From Euprymna scolopes (taxonomy: Eukaryota), in NCBI GenBank assembly GCA_053919585.1, contig CM132801.1: a stretch of 64,000 nt of DNA; one strand, given 5' to 3'. Both the position numbers and the translations under genes were made by a program. A model generated the notes under the pieces. The model searched no databases. It had not been told where the DNA came from and was given only the letters and a program-made list of their open reading frames with translations. Each line of letters starts with the position of its first letter. Position 1 is the first letter of the stretch. Shown here one piece after another: positions 22,929-35,935 of this stretch.

Positions 22929-25304
22929 ACCGGTGTCAGATGAAAACCTAGCCTCGATGTGAAAATGTTCAGATTACCAAACCGAACTTCCTGTGTTAGT
23001 TATAAATATGCAAAATTGACATGAAAGAAAATATGTTGGTGCACGTGTGGAAGCGGTACCCCCTGTAACTTAAAAAAAAAGCAAAAAAAAAAAATTTTTG
23101 TTTTTTTTTTTACATTTTTTTTTCAGCTGATTATTATCGAATGATCACTATTCTACCAGACTATCAAAAAAAAAATTTTTTTAATTTAAAATATTCAATA
23201 TTTAACATTTTTTTAAGGGAGTGCTCCGTTTCTAATGCAGCGTTTTAGTAAATGGAGCCCCCATATTGGAAGCGTCGATTTATTTCGGCCAAATTTCGCG
23301 AATTTAGCCATTTTTATTTTATTTTATTAATTTTTTTTTTTTAGCAGTTTGGCCTTGTCAAAAAAACTAAATTGGCCGAAAAAAAGTCGCTACTTCCAAA
23401 ATGGAGGATTGTTTTTTAAAATTTTTCTTTTATTACATTTTCACCCCAAACAAGGCATAGTGCCACTGATGTAGGAGGCTATTATCAAGGACATAAGTTG
23501 CAGGGATACTATGTAGGGGGTTGAGCAAGAAGATGTATGTTTACATTACACTTGAACTTCTACATGTCAGTATTGTCGGAGAAGCAGGAACCCGGAAAGG
23601 AATTTCAAAGGCTAGCAGTTCTGGGGGAAGAAACTATTAGAGTAGAAGGCTTTCTGACATCTGGAGATCTCTACTGTGTAGGGGTGGGACTTTACTGCTT
23701 GTCGGGTTTATTGGGGGTATTTACGTTGAGGGGGTGCAAGGGCTTGTAGTTTATCAGAGCATCCACCATTAAAATGCATGAAACATTTCATCAATGGGAC
23801 AGAGATTGAAGCTTAGATGACAGTTCAGGGCCTATCAGGTTAGTGACTCTTTTTTTAACCCTGTCTTGGAGTGAGAGACTAGTAGCAGTTGCACCAGCCC
23901 AAATGTGGCAATAATACTCCATACATAGGCGAATTGTGGCCTTGTAGAGGTATAGGATACTTTCAGACGTAAGTAACTTTCTAGCACGATAGAGAGAGCC
24001 CACCTTCTTCACAGCAGTGTTGGCAATGCCCTCGATGTATCAGTTCTAGCTCATGTTCTCTGTGAATGTTAAGCCGAGGAGTTTAAACGAAGTACTTTCA
24101 GGTAATGTGTCTTTAGCCATAGCTATTGGTGGTTGAGAAGGTTTCTTGTAATTATTAAAAGAAATGAGCTTAGTCTTAGCAGTATTGAATTGAACGTTAC
24201 CATCCATGTTTGTCCCCATTCCACTATAAACTGGACGGTTTCCGCCATTCTCTTGGATATGTGTTTATTCGTTTTCCTTTGATGTCTATTATAGAGCACG
24301 GTGTCATCAGCAAATATGCCCATCTCAGAGATAATTTTATCAGGGAGGTCATTTATGAATATCAGGAATAATAAAGGTCCAAGGATCGGCTCCTGAGTAT
24401 GACTATCTAAGACAACATGGATTTTTCTCTTATTTAAGAAGGATTTAATTATGTTAAGTATTCGTCCAATAATACCATAGGATCTGATTTTCATAAGACC
24501 ATCGTGTTATACCCTGTCAAAAACCTTAGATATATCTACGGTTATTGCCCTCCCCTCCCCTGCCTTATCCAGTTCATGGTATGTATGTACAGAGATTACA
24601 GTTAGGATATCTGCAGTAGAACAAGCTTGCCTAAATCCATATTGATGATCGGACAGAAGTTTAGCAACTGTAAGGTGGTAGACTAGAGCTTGATTAATTA
24701 TGGACTCAAATATTTTGACGAAAAGAAGGAGGAGGTGAATGGGGTGATAATTTAATGCGCCATTCTTTTGCCAGAATTGTTGTAAACTGGTACCACAGAA
24801 GTAGTTTTTCAACAGTCAGGGAAGCAAGATTCGTTAAGGCATTTGTAGAAAAGTTTGGAGAGCACTGGAGAAACCTCAGCAGAACATATTTTTAATAGTA
24901 CAGCCGGGATGAGATCAGGTCCACATGCTTTTGAGATATCTAAGTTTTTTTATGATATCATGTACTTGAGAAGGGGTGATTTTCAGATCATCTAGTGTGG
25001 AATATTGTATTAGAAATGGAGCACCCTGAAAAATGTTAAATATTGAATTTTTTTTTTTGTATTTTTTTGATAATCTGGTAGATTAGTGACCATTCGATAA
25101 TAATCTGCTGGAAAAAAAAAATTACGGGGGGGGGGGGGGTACCGCTTCCATATGTGTGCCAATATGTTAAACTTATTGAGGACGTTTCTATGGATTTTTT
25201 TGTTTAATATATTTTAATGATTTTTATTTTAAACTAAAACAGGAAGTCTGATTTGGTAATCGGAACATTTTCAAATCGAGGCTAGGTTTTCATCTGACAT
25301 CGGT
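22929..25304. mobile_element. Foldback element with ~310-bp arms, split by a LINE
   Basis: 22929-23240 mirrors 25005-25304 (GTCAGATGAAAACCTAGCCTCGAT / ATCGAGGCTAGGTTTTCATCTGAC). Confidence 0.8.
23423..25000 (-). mobile_element. CR1/Jockey-group LINE, 5'-truncated and degenerate; same family as 46555-49508
   Basis: DISKVFDRV, ILGPLLFLIFINDL, FADD, MEYYCHIWAGA; shared 3' end GTTTGGGGTGAAAATGTAATAAA. Confidence 0.9.
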
Positions 25305-25788
25305 ACGATTGCACTTAGGGTCGCCTATGTTTCTGAACCACGTCATTTTCCTAGCTAGAATCCTCAATCACCATAATACCACATTTACTCTAGAAGTCGT
25401 CTTGCACTTTGCTCCTAGCCAAGGTTAATTTTCTAAAAATCTATATGCTTTAAAGGTTTAATTGCGTGCAGTTTCTGTTTATATTAATGTTAATGGAATC
25501 TAGGAAAAAAACAAAGAAGATTGGAGGGGGGGGCGTCTATTAAATTTGTAATGGATCATTTGTTCGTTTAACCATTTTAATTATTTATCAAAATGATTGT
25601 GTGGAGAAAGTAACACAAAAATCACTGCGTTGCTTTTATTTATCAGGAACAATATTGATTTTGGTGAAATTGACTTTTGACGGTCTTAAAAATTTGTTGT
25701 GTACTTATCGTTTCTAATCGAACTTTGTTGGCGATTGTACAGAATAATAAACAAGAAAAAAGTGATAAATTTTTACTTTAACTGCAAC

Positions 25789-26151
25789 TCAACACTCACC
25801 TTTAAATTGATGAGTTTTATAAGTTTTCAGGTATGCTGAAAATGAATATCACATTTGAATTTGGGCAGACAAGTAGTTTTCTGCATATTAAGACATTTTT
25901 TTTTTCCAATGTATTACTCAATGAATTTCAGTGGCTATCGCCATTCTTAACATGAGGAGGTAGGATGTTTTTTTATTAGTACTTCAGTTGAGGAAAAAGT
26001 ATGGCCACCAATGAAAACATAAAGGATTGCATTGAATAATAAATGTCTTAATATCCAGAAAACTACTTGTCTGTCATAAAATTGAATGTTATATTCGTTT
26101 TCAGCATACCTGAAAACCTACAAAAGTCGTCAATTTAACAGTGAATGTTGA
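25789..26151. mobile_element. MITE/foldback with ~115-bp arms
   Basis: GTTTTCAGGTATGCTGAAAA...CAGACAAGTAGTTTTCTG mirrored at 26041-26151. Confidence 0.8.
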
Positions 26152-26766
26152 TTTACTTCCCTCCCCACAAGGACAGGTCAGACACAAGGTTAATTTTTAA
26201 TGTAGGGATATCCTACTTCAGCAAAAGGGGAGCCCATATTTGTACCACTAATCTTAAGTTCAAATGGCAAGATCATAAAACCGCATGTAATCCTCTAAAA
26301 AAGTAGGATGCTTTCTGCCATTAAAAACAAAATTTGATTTGATTACTTGTAATTAAAAAAAATAATGATAATTTTCAATTATAAAAAAACAGTTTGGTTT
26401 GGGGCCTGTGGCGCAATGGATAGAAGCGTTGTCTCTATGGTTTCAGCGGAGCATTGTCTGAAGGTAGTGGTTTTAGTCTTACCCAAAGCAGGCCAGAGGA
26501 TTAGTTGGCCAAAATGTGGTGAGACAACAACTATGGAAGGCAATAATTATTGGGCATACAGTTACAAAACTCAGCATTTCAATCCTGCTGTGGTTTATTA
26601 CCTGAAGATGAGTTGGCCGAAACATGATGAAACAACTATGAAGATGAGGATAACAGTCTGCAAAAAAATGAATACACAAATAAATGAAGCATCATCGCAA
26701 AATATTTCAAAAATAAAATAATATAAAAAATTGTTTTCTTTTCTTTTCAGAAAACACTAAATAAAA

Positions 26767-26892
26767 ATGGATTTACAACACCGGCCAGGCGGCAAGACTG
26801 GCACTGGTGGAGTGGCTTCGGCCTCTGAAACCAACCTTGAACGGCGTGAACGGATGAGACAGTTGGCTTTAGAAACTATCAACTTAAACAAG
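26767..26892 (+). CDS. SF3A2: SF3A2 coding exon 1
   Basis: MDLQHRPGGKTGTGGVASASETNLERRERMRQLALETINLNK; acceptor 26749-26750, donor GTAAAT. Confidence 0.97.
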
Positions 26893-29800
26893 GTAAATAT
26901 TATATTTAATTTGTTGGTAAATATTGCTTCCTAAAAAAATGGTTTTAAAAAAAAATTATCCAAAAACCTCATGATTTTATTTTTGTCTTGATATAGCTTC
27001 TTTGCACCCCAACAAATGGTGTTGCCTCATAAGTGTCTGTGTTGTGTTGATGACACATAGTTGTAGTAGATGGTTAGGAAGTTTTTTTTTTGTGTGAAGT
27101 AAAACTACTTGATAAAGTATTATAGAAGAACAGTATCAATTTTATGCTTCTGAATTTTTGAGATGAGGATTGATACTTTGTATTATTTGAATCATTCGGA
27201 TTACTGTTCTCATATTCAGTGTTATTTTCGATGTAAACTTCGACTTTCTTCAAGTGTGTGTTGTAGAACTCTGGATCTACATGGAATTTTGTATGGAAGT
27301 TTTTATTTAATCCATGGGGTTGCATGCTCTCATTCGATCGGCCATGACTGAGTAGAAGTCCGAAATAATTTACAATTGTATTTTTGAGTGTAGTCTACAC
27401 TGAGGATTGAAACTTCAACCTCCAGAAGAGTGTAACTTAAAACCGAATTTTGCCAAATTCTTACCCGCAGGTCCTTGCAGGCAATTCTAGTATGAATTTT
27501 GGGAACCTTGAACCTGTTTTTGTGTTTACACATATAATCTTACTACTTATGCCTTTAGATTGCTGTTTATCACAACAGATTGCTATGTACATGTATTTCC
27601 GTTCAAAATTTGTGCCTATTCTTGAACTCGACAGAAAGATCCTCCAGTTCAACAACATATATCTAAAGAAGGTCAGAGATTACGTTGACCAAAACTTTGT
27701 GAAAATAACACTCAAGATGAGAACAGTAGTTTGAATAATCCAAATATGAAGTATGAATTTTATTTCAAATTGTGGTCCTATATTTGTTACGCTACTGGAG
27801 TAGTCAGGGTTTTGTGACTACCACATGGAGTTTTGTCTGTTCAAACCTTTCTTCATGCCCCCACATTGTGTCAGAATAGTTTCACAAAAGAAGGCCTGAG
27901 GTGATGCGGCTTAAAAGAATGTTCACTTCTTGTGTTGGGGTTACCAAATGGATTTAGCAACTCCAAAAGAAAAGTAGAAAACAGTCTATCGACAACAATA
28001 ACAAGATTTATTGAAACATGTTGGTGTTACAATAATATGTGTAAAAAAAAAAACTTGGTTAAAAAATAAAGTTGAATACCGGAAATACAGGGAGAATATG
28101 GTTGACTGGTGGAAAGTTTTTGATAGTCAAAAATGGCAGATATGGTGGCGGCGGAGTTGTCGGCAAGTGATTGGTTCTCAGTCAATAGGAAACAAACGAA
28201 CTTGATTTCTCAATTCGGTGTCCTCCTTTTTATGGACCTGATTTTTGGCAGGTGCACTTTCTGGTTGGTAGGACTGTCGACTAATGGTTTAACGCCACAA
28301 CCATGTGGGAGGGACAAGAGTAAACGCCTCTCCTCCGGACTCGTGATTGATCATTCTAGAGCAGCCAATGGCTAGTGCTATAATTAATGGTCTAGGCTTC
28401 AATTTTTTTGACAGCTCCCAAGATCTTGTGTCAAACTTTGCACTTCATGCCCTGATCAGGTTGACCCAGCGCACTTGTCAATGTTCGACACTTTTGTGTT
28501 GTTTTCATTTTTATTAAAATTTAAAATGATTTTGTTTTGTTTCTGACACCTCTGTGCACCTTCTTATAATTATTTCACTCAGGTCAACTCTGTTTGGCAA
28601 AAGGTTAATACTTTTGTTATTTTCGTTTTATTAAAATCTAAATGATTTTGTTTTGTTGTTTATTGCAACGTATCTGTATTTGGTGACCTTTTCTTTTCTT
28701 CGTTTTCTTCGATTTTAACAATCTACTTATTATTTACTCAAATTCAGATGATGCAATAATTTAAAAATTAATTATTTTCACAATTAAATTAGTTCATCTT
28801 AACCTGCCTAATTAATTTAAAATCTGATTAATTTCACCAGTCAACTCATGACACTGAAAATGGTAGTGTCATAAAATTACCAAAAAATTTGACAATGAAA
28901 TATTAATTTTTCCTTAAACCAGTTATTTAAAAATATATACTACTAGCGAGGGGTACCCGGCGTTGCCCGGGTGTTTGGAGGTGTGTGTGTGTGTGGGGGG
29001 GTTTTTTTAAAAAAGTAAGTATGAGGATCGAACCCGAACCGTTGAGGCAAAGTTGTAAATTAAAGTGTGAAAAAAAAAACGTGCGACGTTAACCATTGCC
29101 CCACCGCGAGATGCTAATGGAAACACGTTTGAATTTATTTAATTACTTGGATCTAGCAGGTGCCCGTTTTAATGAATTAATGAGGTCAAGTTTGACTGCG
29201 GGATAGTATTCATTTACTGCTGAACGCTTCCCCCCCCCCAAGTTGTTATAGGAAAAAGACTAACCCACATGCGGCGAGCAACAAATGTTGAATATTTATC
29301 TTCCCGAAATCGAGCAAATTAAATAGACAGGCGAGCTTCGTTGTTAACTGTGAGATATTATGATTTATATGTGATATAAAAAGTTGTGAAGCCAGCGACC
29401 GCTTCTCTGAAAAAAGCCTTTTGTTGACATACAGAAAAAGCGAACACACACACACACACATACATACATACATTTTCGCTTTTATATATATATAGATGAT
29501 ATTTACCATGTGAACTACGATGAAAATAAAATGAGAAAGATATATAATTTTTTTAAATTTTCATGCAGGAATTCCTTGAGGCATATAAATTATTTAAAGT
29601 TTATGCAAAGGTAAAAAAGGGTTGATAAATGCTATTTTGTATGATCGAATAGTATTAGGCTTTCCCAGGAGAATGGTAGATACACCTGTTTTTCTCCATA
29701 CCAAAAACTCCAACAAAAATATTATTTGCATGTGTCGCTCGAGACTTCCTATGCATGGTGTCACTTTCTTAAACATGTCAACTTAATGTCTAGTGGAAAT

Positions 29801-32800
29801 TTCCTATTTTTTGGTAATCTTAATACAACACACATAGCATATTACTACATGAGTTATAATTGTTAGCATTTGTATTATTTAAATTACTGTTTGCATCTTT
29901 AATATTATTCTCATAACATTTCAACTGATGTGAGGTGATGTTGAGGTGGATCCTGTCGAACTCTATGGAATTTTGAATTGAATGCTTTTTTTAAGTTACA
30001 GGGGGTAGCTTTTTCTCATTCTGTCAGCCATAACTGTAACATTGATATTATTGTTTCCTCCCCATCTCATTTCCCTTTGCAAAACTTAATCATGTCCTTC
30101 ATAGCCAAAAACGAAACCAATTTTCCTCTATAAACTAACCAAACACCATGAATAAATATTTGAAGATATAAAGAACTTGAAGCGTCAAAACTTTTTCCAA
30201 AAATGACTGAATTCTGCATTAAATATCTCCCCTCCCCCAAAGTTAATATGCTATAAACCGAAACTGTACCAATCTTCATTTGACGCTATATTATCAATGT
30301 CTGATAGCACATTTACTTGAGTATTATATAACTTCCCTTTGTTGCGTATATGTTAAAAGTTTCGACTTTTAAATGTAACTGTTTTGTACTTTCATTTTTA
30401 TGGTTATTGATTTTTTTTGTTTTTTATTTTAGGATCCATATTTTATGAAAAACCATCTGGGTTCCTATGAATGCAAACTCTGTTTAACACTTCATAACAA
30501 TGAGGTAAGTTTAATTTTTTTATAGTAGACTTTGAAAAACTGATTGTGTGTGCATTTTTTTTTATTTAACAGCAGGCAACTAATGAGAAAGACTGATCAC
30601 AAGGTAATTTATGAACATGCATGTGTCTGTTCACAGCACAAGCCGTAATCGTCTCACTAGTTGTTGTTCAGTTCAATCAGTTCTGCAATAAAGAAATTTT
30701 CCTTCTAATCAAAGACCACTACTCCAGTTTGAAAACAACAGTGGTTTATTTTTCTGTGAAGACATTGATTTTCCTAAGTCAAACAGCAGATTTGCAAAAA
30801 TGCAAAACTAAAATATATGTCCCATCAAGATAATTCTTTAGCTAAAACAGCAAGAGCCCACCTTGCCCTGCTAGTCTCAGAAAAACCAGCTCCTCTACCA
30901 TGCCCAGGATGCCGGCTCTAACTGCCTTCTCTTCCCATCAACTGAAGCCTTTTCACCCCGGACCAGAAATCTTAGATGTTTGCCTTTGTCAATGGTCACC
31001 ATTTGACCACCCAGATGCTAACTACTAAGTTACTAGAGATAACACCTATAATGTCTCCTTACAAAGGGGCTTATCTGCAGATAATTTCGAACATTACTTT
31101 TTTCAATTTGATTGCTCTTAGTCTGAACCCTGTTGAATGAGATACTTATTTTATTTTAAACCAACGTCTCTTGAGTTGCTAGGCTCCAGCTAGACATATT
31201 TTCAGTTCTCTGTTCCCTCCCTCCCTTTTCCTTTGGTCAAACATGTAAACATTTTCTTGGGTGTTAAAGAACTTTTTTTTTGTTATTATAATTGACCTTA
31301 TAAGCAGCAAATTCAATTAGTTTTACAAAGACTTTTCTGTATTATTGTTTAATTTAATTCACTTATTTTGTGTGTTTTTTGTACGTTGTCTTTGAGCTTT
31401 TTTTTTTTTTTTTTCAACTTCAGTAAGCAACAAATGAATATTCTTTTGCCAAATATAATCACTCGGAGCCTGAGTCACAGATTACAGACACTAGATTAGA
31501 TGACCATTTTTAAAACCAAAATAAAAAAGATTCCCAAATTGTGCAGCAATTAAAAAAGATACACATATATTTTTTTTAAATTTAAGTCTTATTTTACTAT
31601 AGTCTCAAGATTCTGGCTTACTGAACTAAAATGCACCAAACATTGATGTTATTGTTTTTTCCCCCCTTTCTCTTTGCAAAACTTAATCATGTTCTGTAAA
31701 GTAAAAAACAACAACAACAACAGCAAAAATTTTCCACTACAAAACAACCAAAATAAACACCATGAATAAATATTTGAAGATATAAAGAACATGAAGCATG
31801 AAAACTTTCTTCCAAAATTGCTGAATTCAGCATTAAATGACCCAAAGTGGTTGATATGCCATAAAACAATCAAACAAAACTATAAATAAATATCTGAAGA
31901 TATTGAAGCATAAAATTTTTTTTCCAAAATTAATTCCTCTTTAAACAACCCAAAAAGGTTGATATGCCATAAAACGAAACAACCAAACTATTTTACTCTA
32001 ACCATTAACCCTATCCTCTCATGTGACTGGAGACTGATTGTGAAGTTAATATTCCCTTAAAAACGTTCTCCTTTGAAGGAAAAGATGACATTAGAGCTCA
32101 AGTAAAATGAAGATTCATAAAATCCCTTTTGAATTCGTTTCCATTGTGTTTGTCAATGATGATAAGTTATGAGAATTAAAAAAAAAAAAAAATGGGTTGA
32201 AAGTTGAAAATTAAATAAACAAAAAGAAAAAAAACGATATTTGAATTTTTTTTATCTAAGAAGCAACGTTCAAGGGGAAGTAATTGAAGATTAACAAATT
32301 TAAGGTTACTTTTCCCACACAATAGACAAAAAGAAAAAGTAGGTAAAAAAAATGTTGAAAAGTCAGAGTGAAATTGTTTTTTTTTTTTAAATCGGTTAAT
32401 AACTCTTCAATTAAAAATTGAGATTCTTGTCAAGAATTCCCTCCTATTAAAACAAAAATGAAGAAAAATCTATATGATGTATGTACTCATGATGAAACAA
32501 AAATATATTCTAAAAATTATGTAAATTGATCAAGTACCTTAATTTTTATTAAAGAAAATAGTTTTTAAGTGATTAATAACTTAGGCATTAATATAATGTA
32601 GGCATTACAACATAAATCTCGCAAGTTTGAATTATGTTGAGTTATGTCCCTTTGTTATTTCTTTTTTTTTTTTCTTTGATTGTTTTCAAAATGGTAGACA
32701 AAACAGCCGTTCTTCTGTTATTCATAAAATTTGATTTTCTTATTTATAAATAGAACTACAGATCAATTTACATGCTTTTTTGGAATATGATATTTTTGTT

Positions 32801-35800
32801 TCTTCACAAGTATGTACATCATAGAGATTATTTTTGTTTTGTAATATGAGGAATCAACATTGATTTTTATTTGCATCAATTTTAATTAATTTATATATAT
32901 TTTTTCTTTTTAGGGCAGCTATTTGGCTCACACACAAGGGAAAAGGCATCAGGCAAATTTGTAAGTCTATCTCAATGTCATCTTGGAGGCTTTTTACTTT
33001 ATGCTTTTAATAGAATTTTTAAAGTTAAATCTAAAAGTCACTATATACTTTAATCATTAAGTTATTAATTGAACCACATGGTTATATAACTAATTTTGTT
33101 ATGAACTTGCAGTGGCTAGGGATTTTTATCCCCCCCCCCAATCAACAAATATTAGACAATTCCTCTAATGACCTGTTCCCTGTTAATTGCAGTGTAATGC
33201 TGGTTTTGTGCAGTTCTAGGAGGTCCACTCTCCCAGGCTTTGCCTTCTCTCTTTGAGAAGGGGTTAGTCTATTGCTAATTGTCTGAGGCGCCCTTGCCAG
33301 GGAATACCGACGGGGCTGCTCAGGCATTTTTGTGGGTCAGAGTACCCCACCTCAGAGGAACTGACTTCTTAATCCCATTTTCTGATTCTGGTGTCTAAGT
33401 TCTTGCAGTGGGAGCGAACTGCACAGCATGATAATACTGTCTTAATCTCTATAAAATCATTGGATGTAAATAGCTTCTAAAACTTTCATTCTTTAAATAC
33501 ATGAAGATTTGTTGAGAATTTTGAAGCCAGAAATGACTTGACTGCTTAAATGCTTTCAAATTCTATTTAAATTTCAAAAGTTCACAAAGTAATTGTTTTA
33601 TTCAACTATTAACAAAAAATTAAAATGGTTAACTTGTACACAAAGAAACTGAAGTGCATTCTGGTGGATTAAATTTAGTAATTATTAAAACTATAAAGTG
33701 TATTTGAAGCATTAAAACATTGGTGAGACTGATGGATAACAAAGCTGAATATTAAGATGCATTTATTCAATCTGAACGTTCAGTGATGAAAATCCAATTT
33801 TAAATTTAAGCATGTTTGATTGACCTTATGTCTTTGGATTTTTTTTATTGCTCCAAACAAGGCATGAAGCCACTTGATATAAGGAGCTAAAATAAAAAAC
33901 ACCTCAAGGTCAAAAACTACCCCAACGGTAAGTGTTAGATGGTTCGTTTTCCAAATTTCATGACAAAATTTCTCATAGAGGAATGGTATTGAACTTTTAA
34001 GTATCATGGGGTTAAAAGAAAACCTGATGCACAATAGTTTTCATAGCGTTAACATTTTTAACATTACTTTCCTAAAAACTCTTTAAAATATGTAGATTAT
34101 TATATAGTAAAACAGATGAACGGATATTCATTTCTGAACAAAAATGGTGGTATATTTTGGATTTTTAAATATAACAATTTTAGAACTACTTTAAAATCTT
34201 GAAATATTCAAAGCGTTTTAATGATCAGTGGGCATTACTAGTAGAATTCCAATTCCAACATGACATAATTTGTTAAACATGGTGCCAACAACTCTAATTC
34301 TTTAAGAACTACTGATATTGCTTGTGATATTGCAGATGTAATTGGCAATTTATCTATAGAGGATTATAGTTCGAAAGAGCTCTATCTTGAGATTGAAATC
34401 ATATAATTATTATTTAAAATATGGTAAGGAGAAACAAAATTTCTATCTTTGAGTTAATTTTTATTTGACTATTTGAAAAATAACATTTTTTTTCTGCTGC
34501 TAGAGCTCATTGTTCCATATTTTTAATACCAAATTATTTTGTTATTTTCAATAGGAAATTGGAATTGATATATGCCACTACCACTGTGATCTTACATTTA
34601 TTCCTCCTTAACAGAGTTGAACAAATTGTACTGGTAAATTCCTAGTTTCTCTCCTTCACCCTTTCACAATAATATGAAGAGAAATAATATTGATAAAGAC
34701 AATAGTCCAAAGAGATTTAATATATACCTCTTAACCAAATTTAAGACATTTTTTTTTCTGCTTTTAGGGCTCGTCGTGCAGCCAAAGAGGCAAAAGAAGC
34801 TCCAGCTCAACCTGCACCAGAAAAGGCGAAAGTTGAAATTAAAAAATTTGTTAAAATTGGACGTCCAGGTTACAAAGGTATGTATTGGATATCTCATCTC
34901 AAACTAATTTTTATTTTTTCTCTTTTACAATAAAAAAATTATAACAAACAAATGTAAGCATTTTGTCTCCAAGTTTGGTTAACAGTTGAGTTCAACCTCT
35001 TACATATTATCTCTTTAAACAAATGTAACCAGTATATATGAAGTAGGAAACCTGCTGTAGTATGTTTTACTCAGATTTCTTCTCTCTGCTGCAAGCCAAT
35101 CCCATCCGCCTATCTGCCTCTTCTACACTTCCATAAGCAAGTACATCCAAGGATGGAATACTGTTGCCATATCTGGGCAGGAGCTGCTAAAAACAGCCTA
35201 TCCTGCCTTGACAGAGTACAAAATAGACTTCGTGGCTTAGTGGGGGATGCCCTTTTCTCTATCCTGCAACCTCTCTCCCACAGAAGAGACGTTGCGAGCC
35301 TATCCTTGTTTTATCGTTATTTCCATGGCAGGTGCTCGTCTGAACTCCAATCTCTGGTTCCCCCTTGCCAATCTTTCACGAAAAACACCCGTCTAGCTGA
35401 ATCCACTGTGAAAAATTTCCCCCACTCTATATCTGTGCCTAAATCAAAATGCGGATTCCATGAACAAAGCTTCTTTCTTAGAACTGCACGCCTGTGGAAC
35501 TCTGTTCCGTCTGCCTGCTTCCCACCAGACTACAACTTGGATGTGTTCAAGTCCAACGTTAACAAATTCCTAATGAACCGCCCCCTTAAGTAAACACTTC
35601 ATCAAATCTCCACACTAACGTAATGTACTTGCAATAACCCTTATCCCTGAGTGGCTTCCGGGCCTTGATAAGTGGTGATCACTGTGTAAAAAAAAAAAAA
35701 AAAGCAATATGGTGCCAGATAGTGGGATTGACTATGTGAATCTCCCAGCTGTTAAAATGTTTCAGATGTTTCCTCCTCCTATAAGTGTTTTGGATTGTGG

Positions 35801-35902
35801 GAAAACTTAAACCTTTCTCACACCCTGAACCAGCTATCCCGATAATCAATTATAAACTAGTTGTATTTACTCTGTTGTTGCCCAGGAATATTTTTACTTG
35901 TC

Positions 35903-35935
<33 letters not shown>

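Noticed and set aside
27785-28852. Solo LTR (TGTTACG...CATGACA)
   Set aside because: No TSD, ambiguous right boundary, no second copy.
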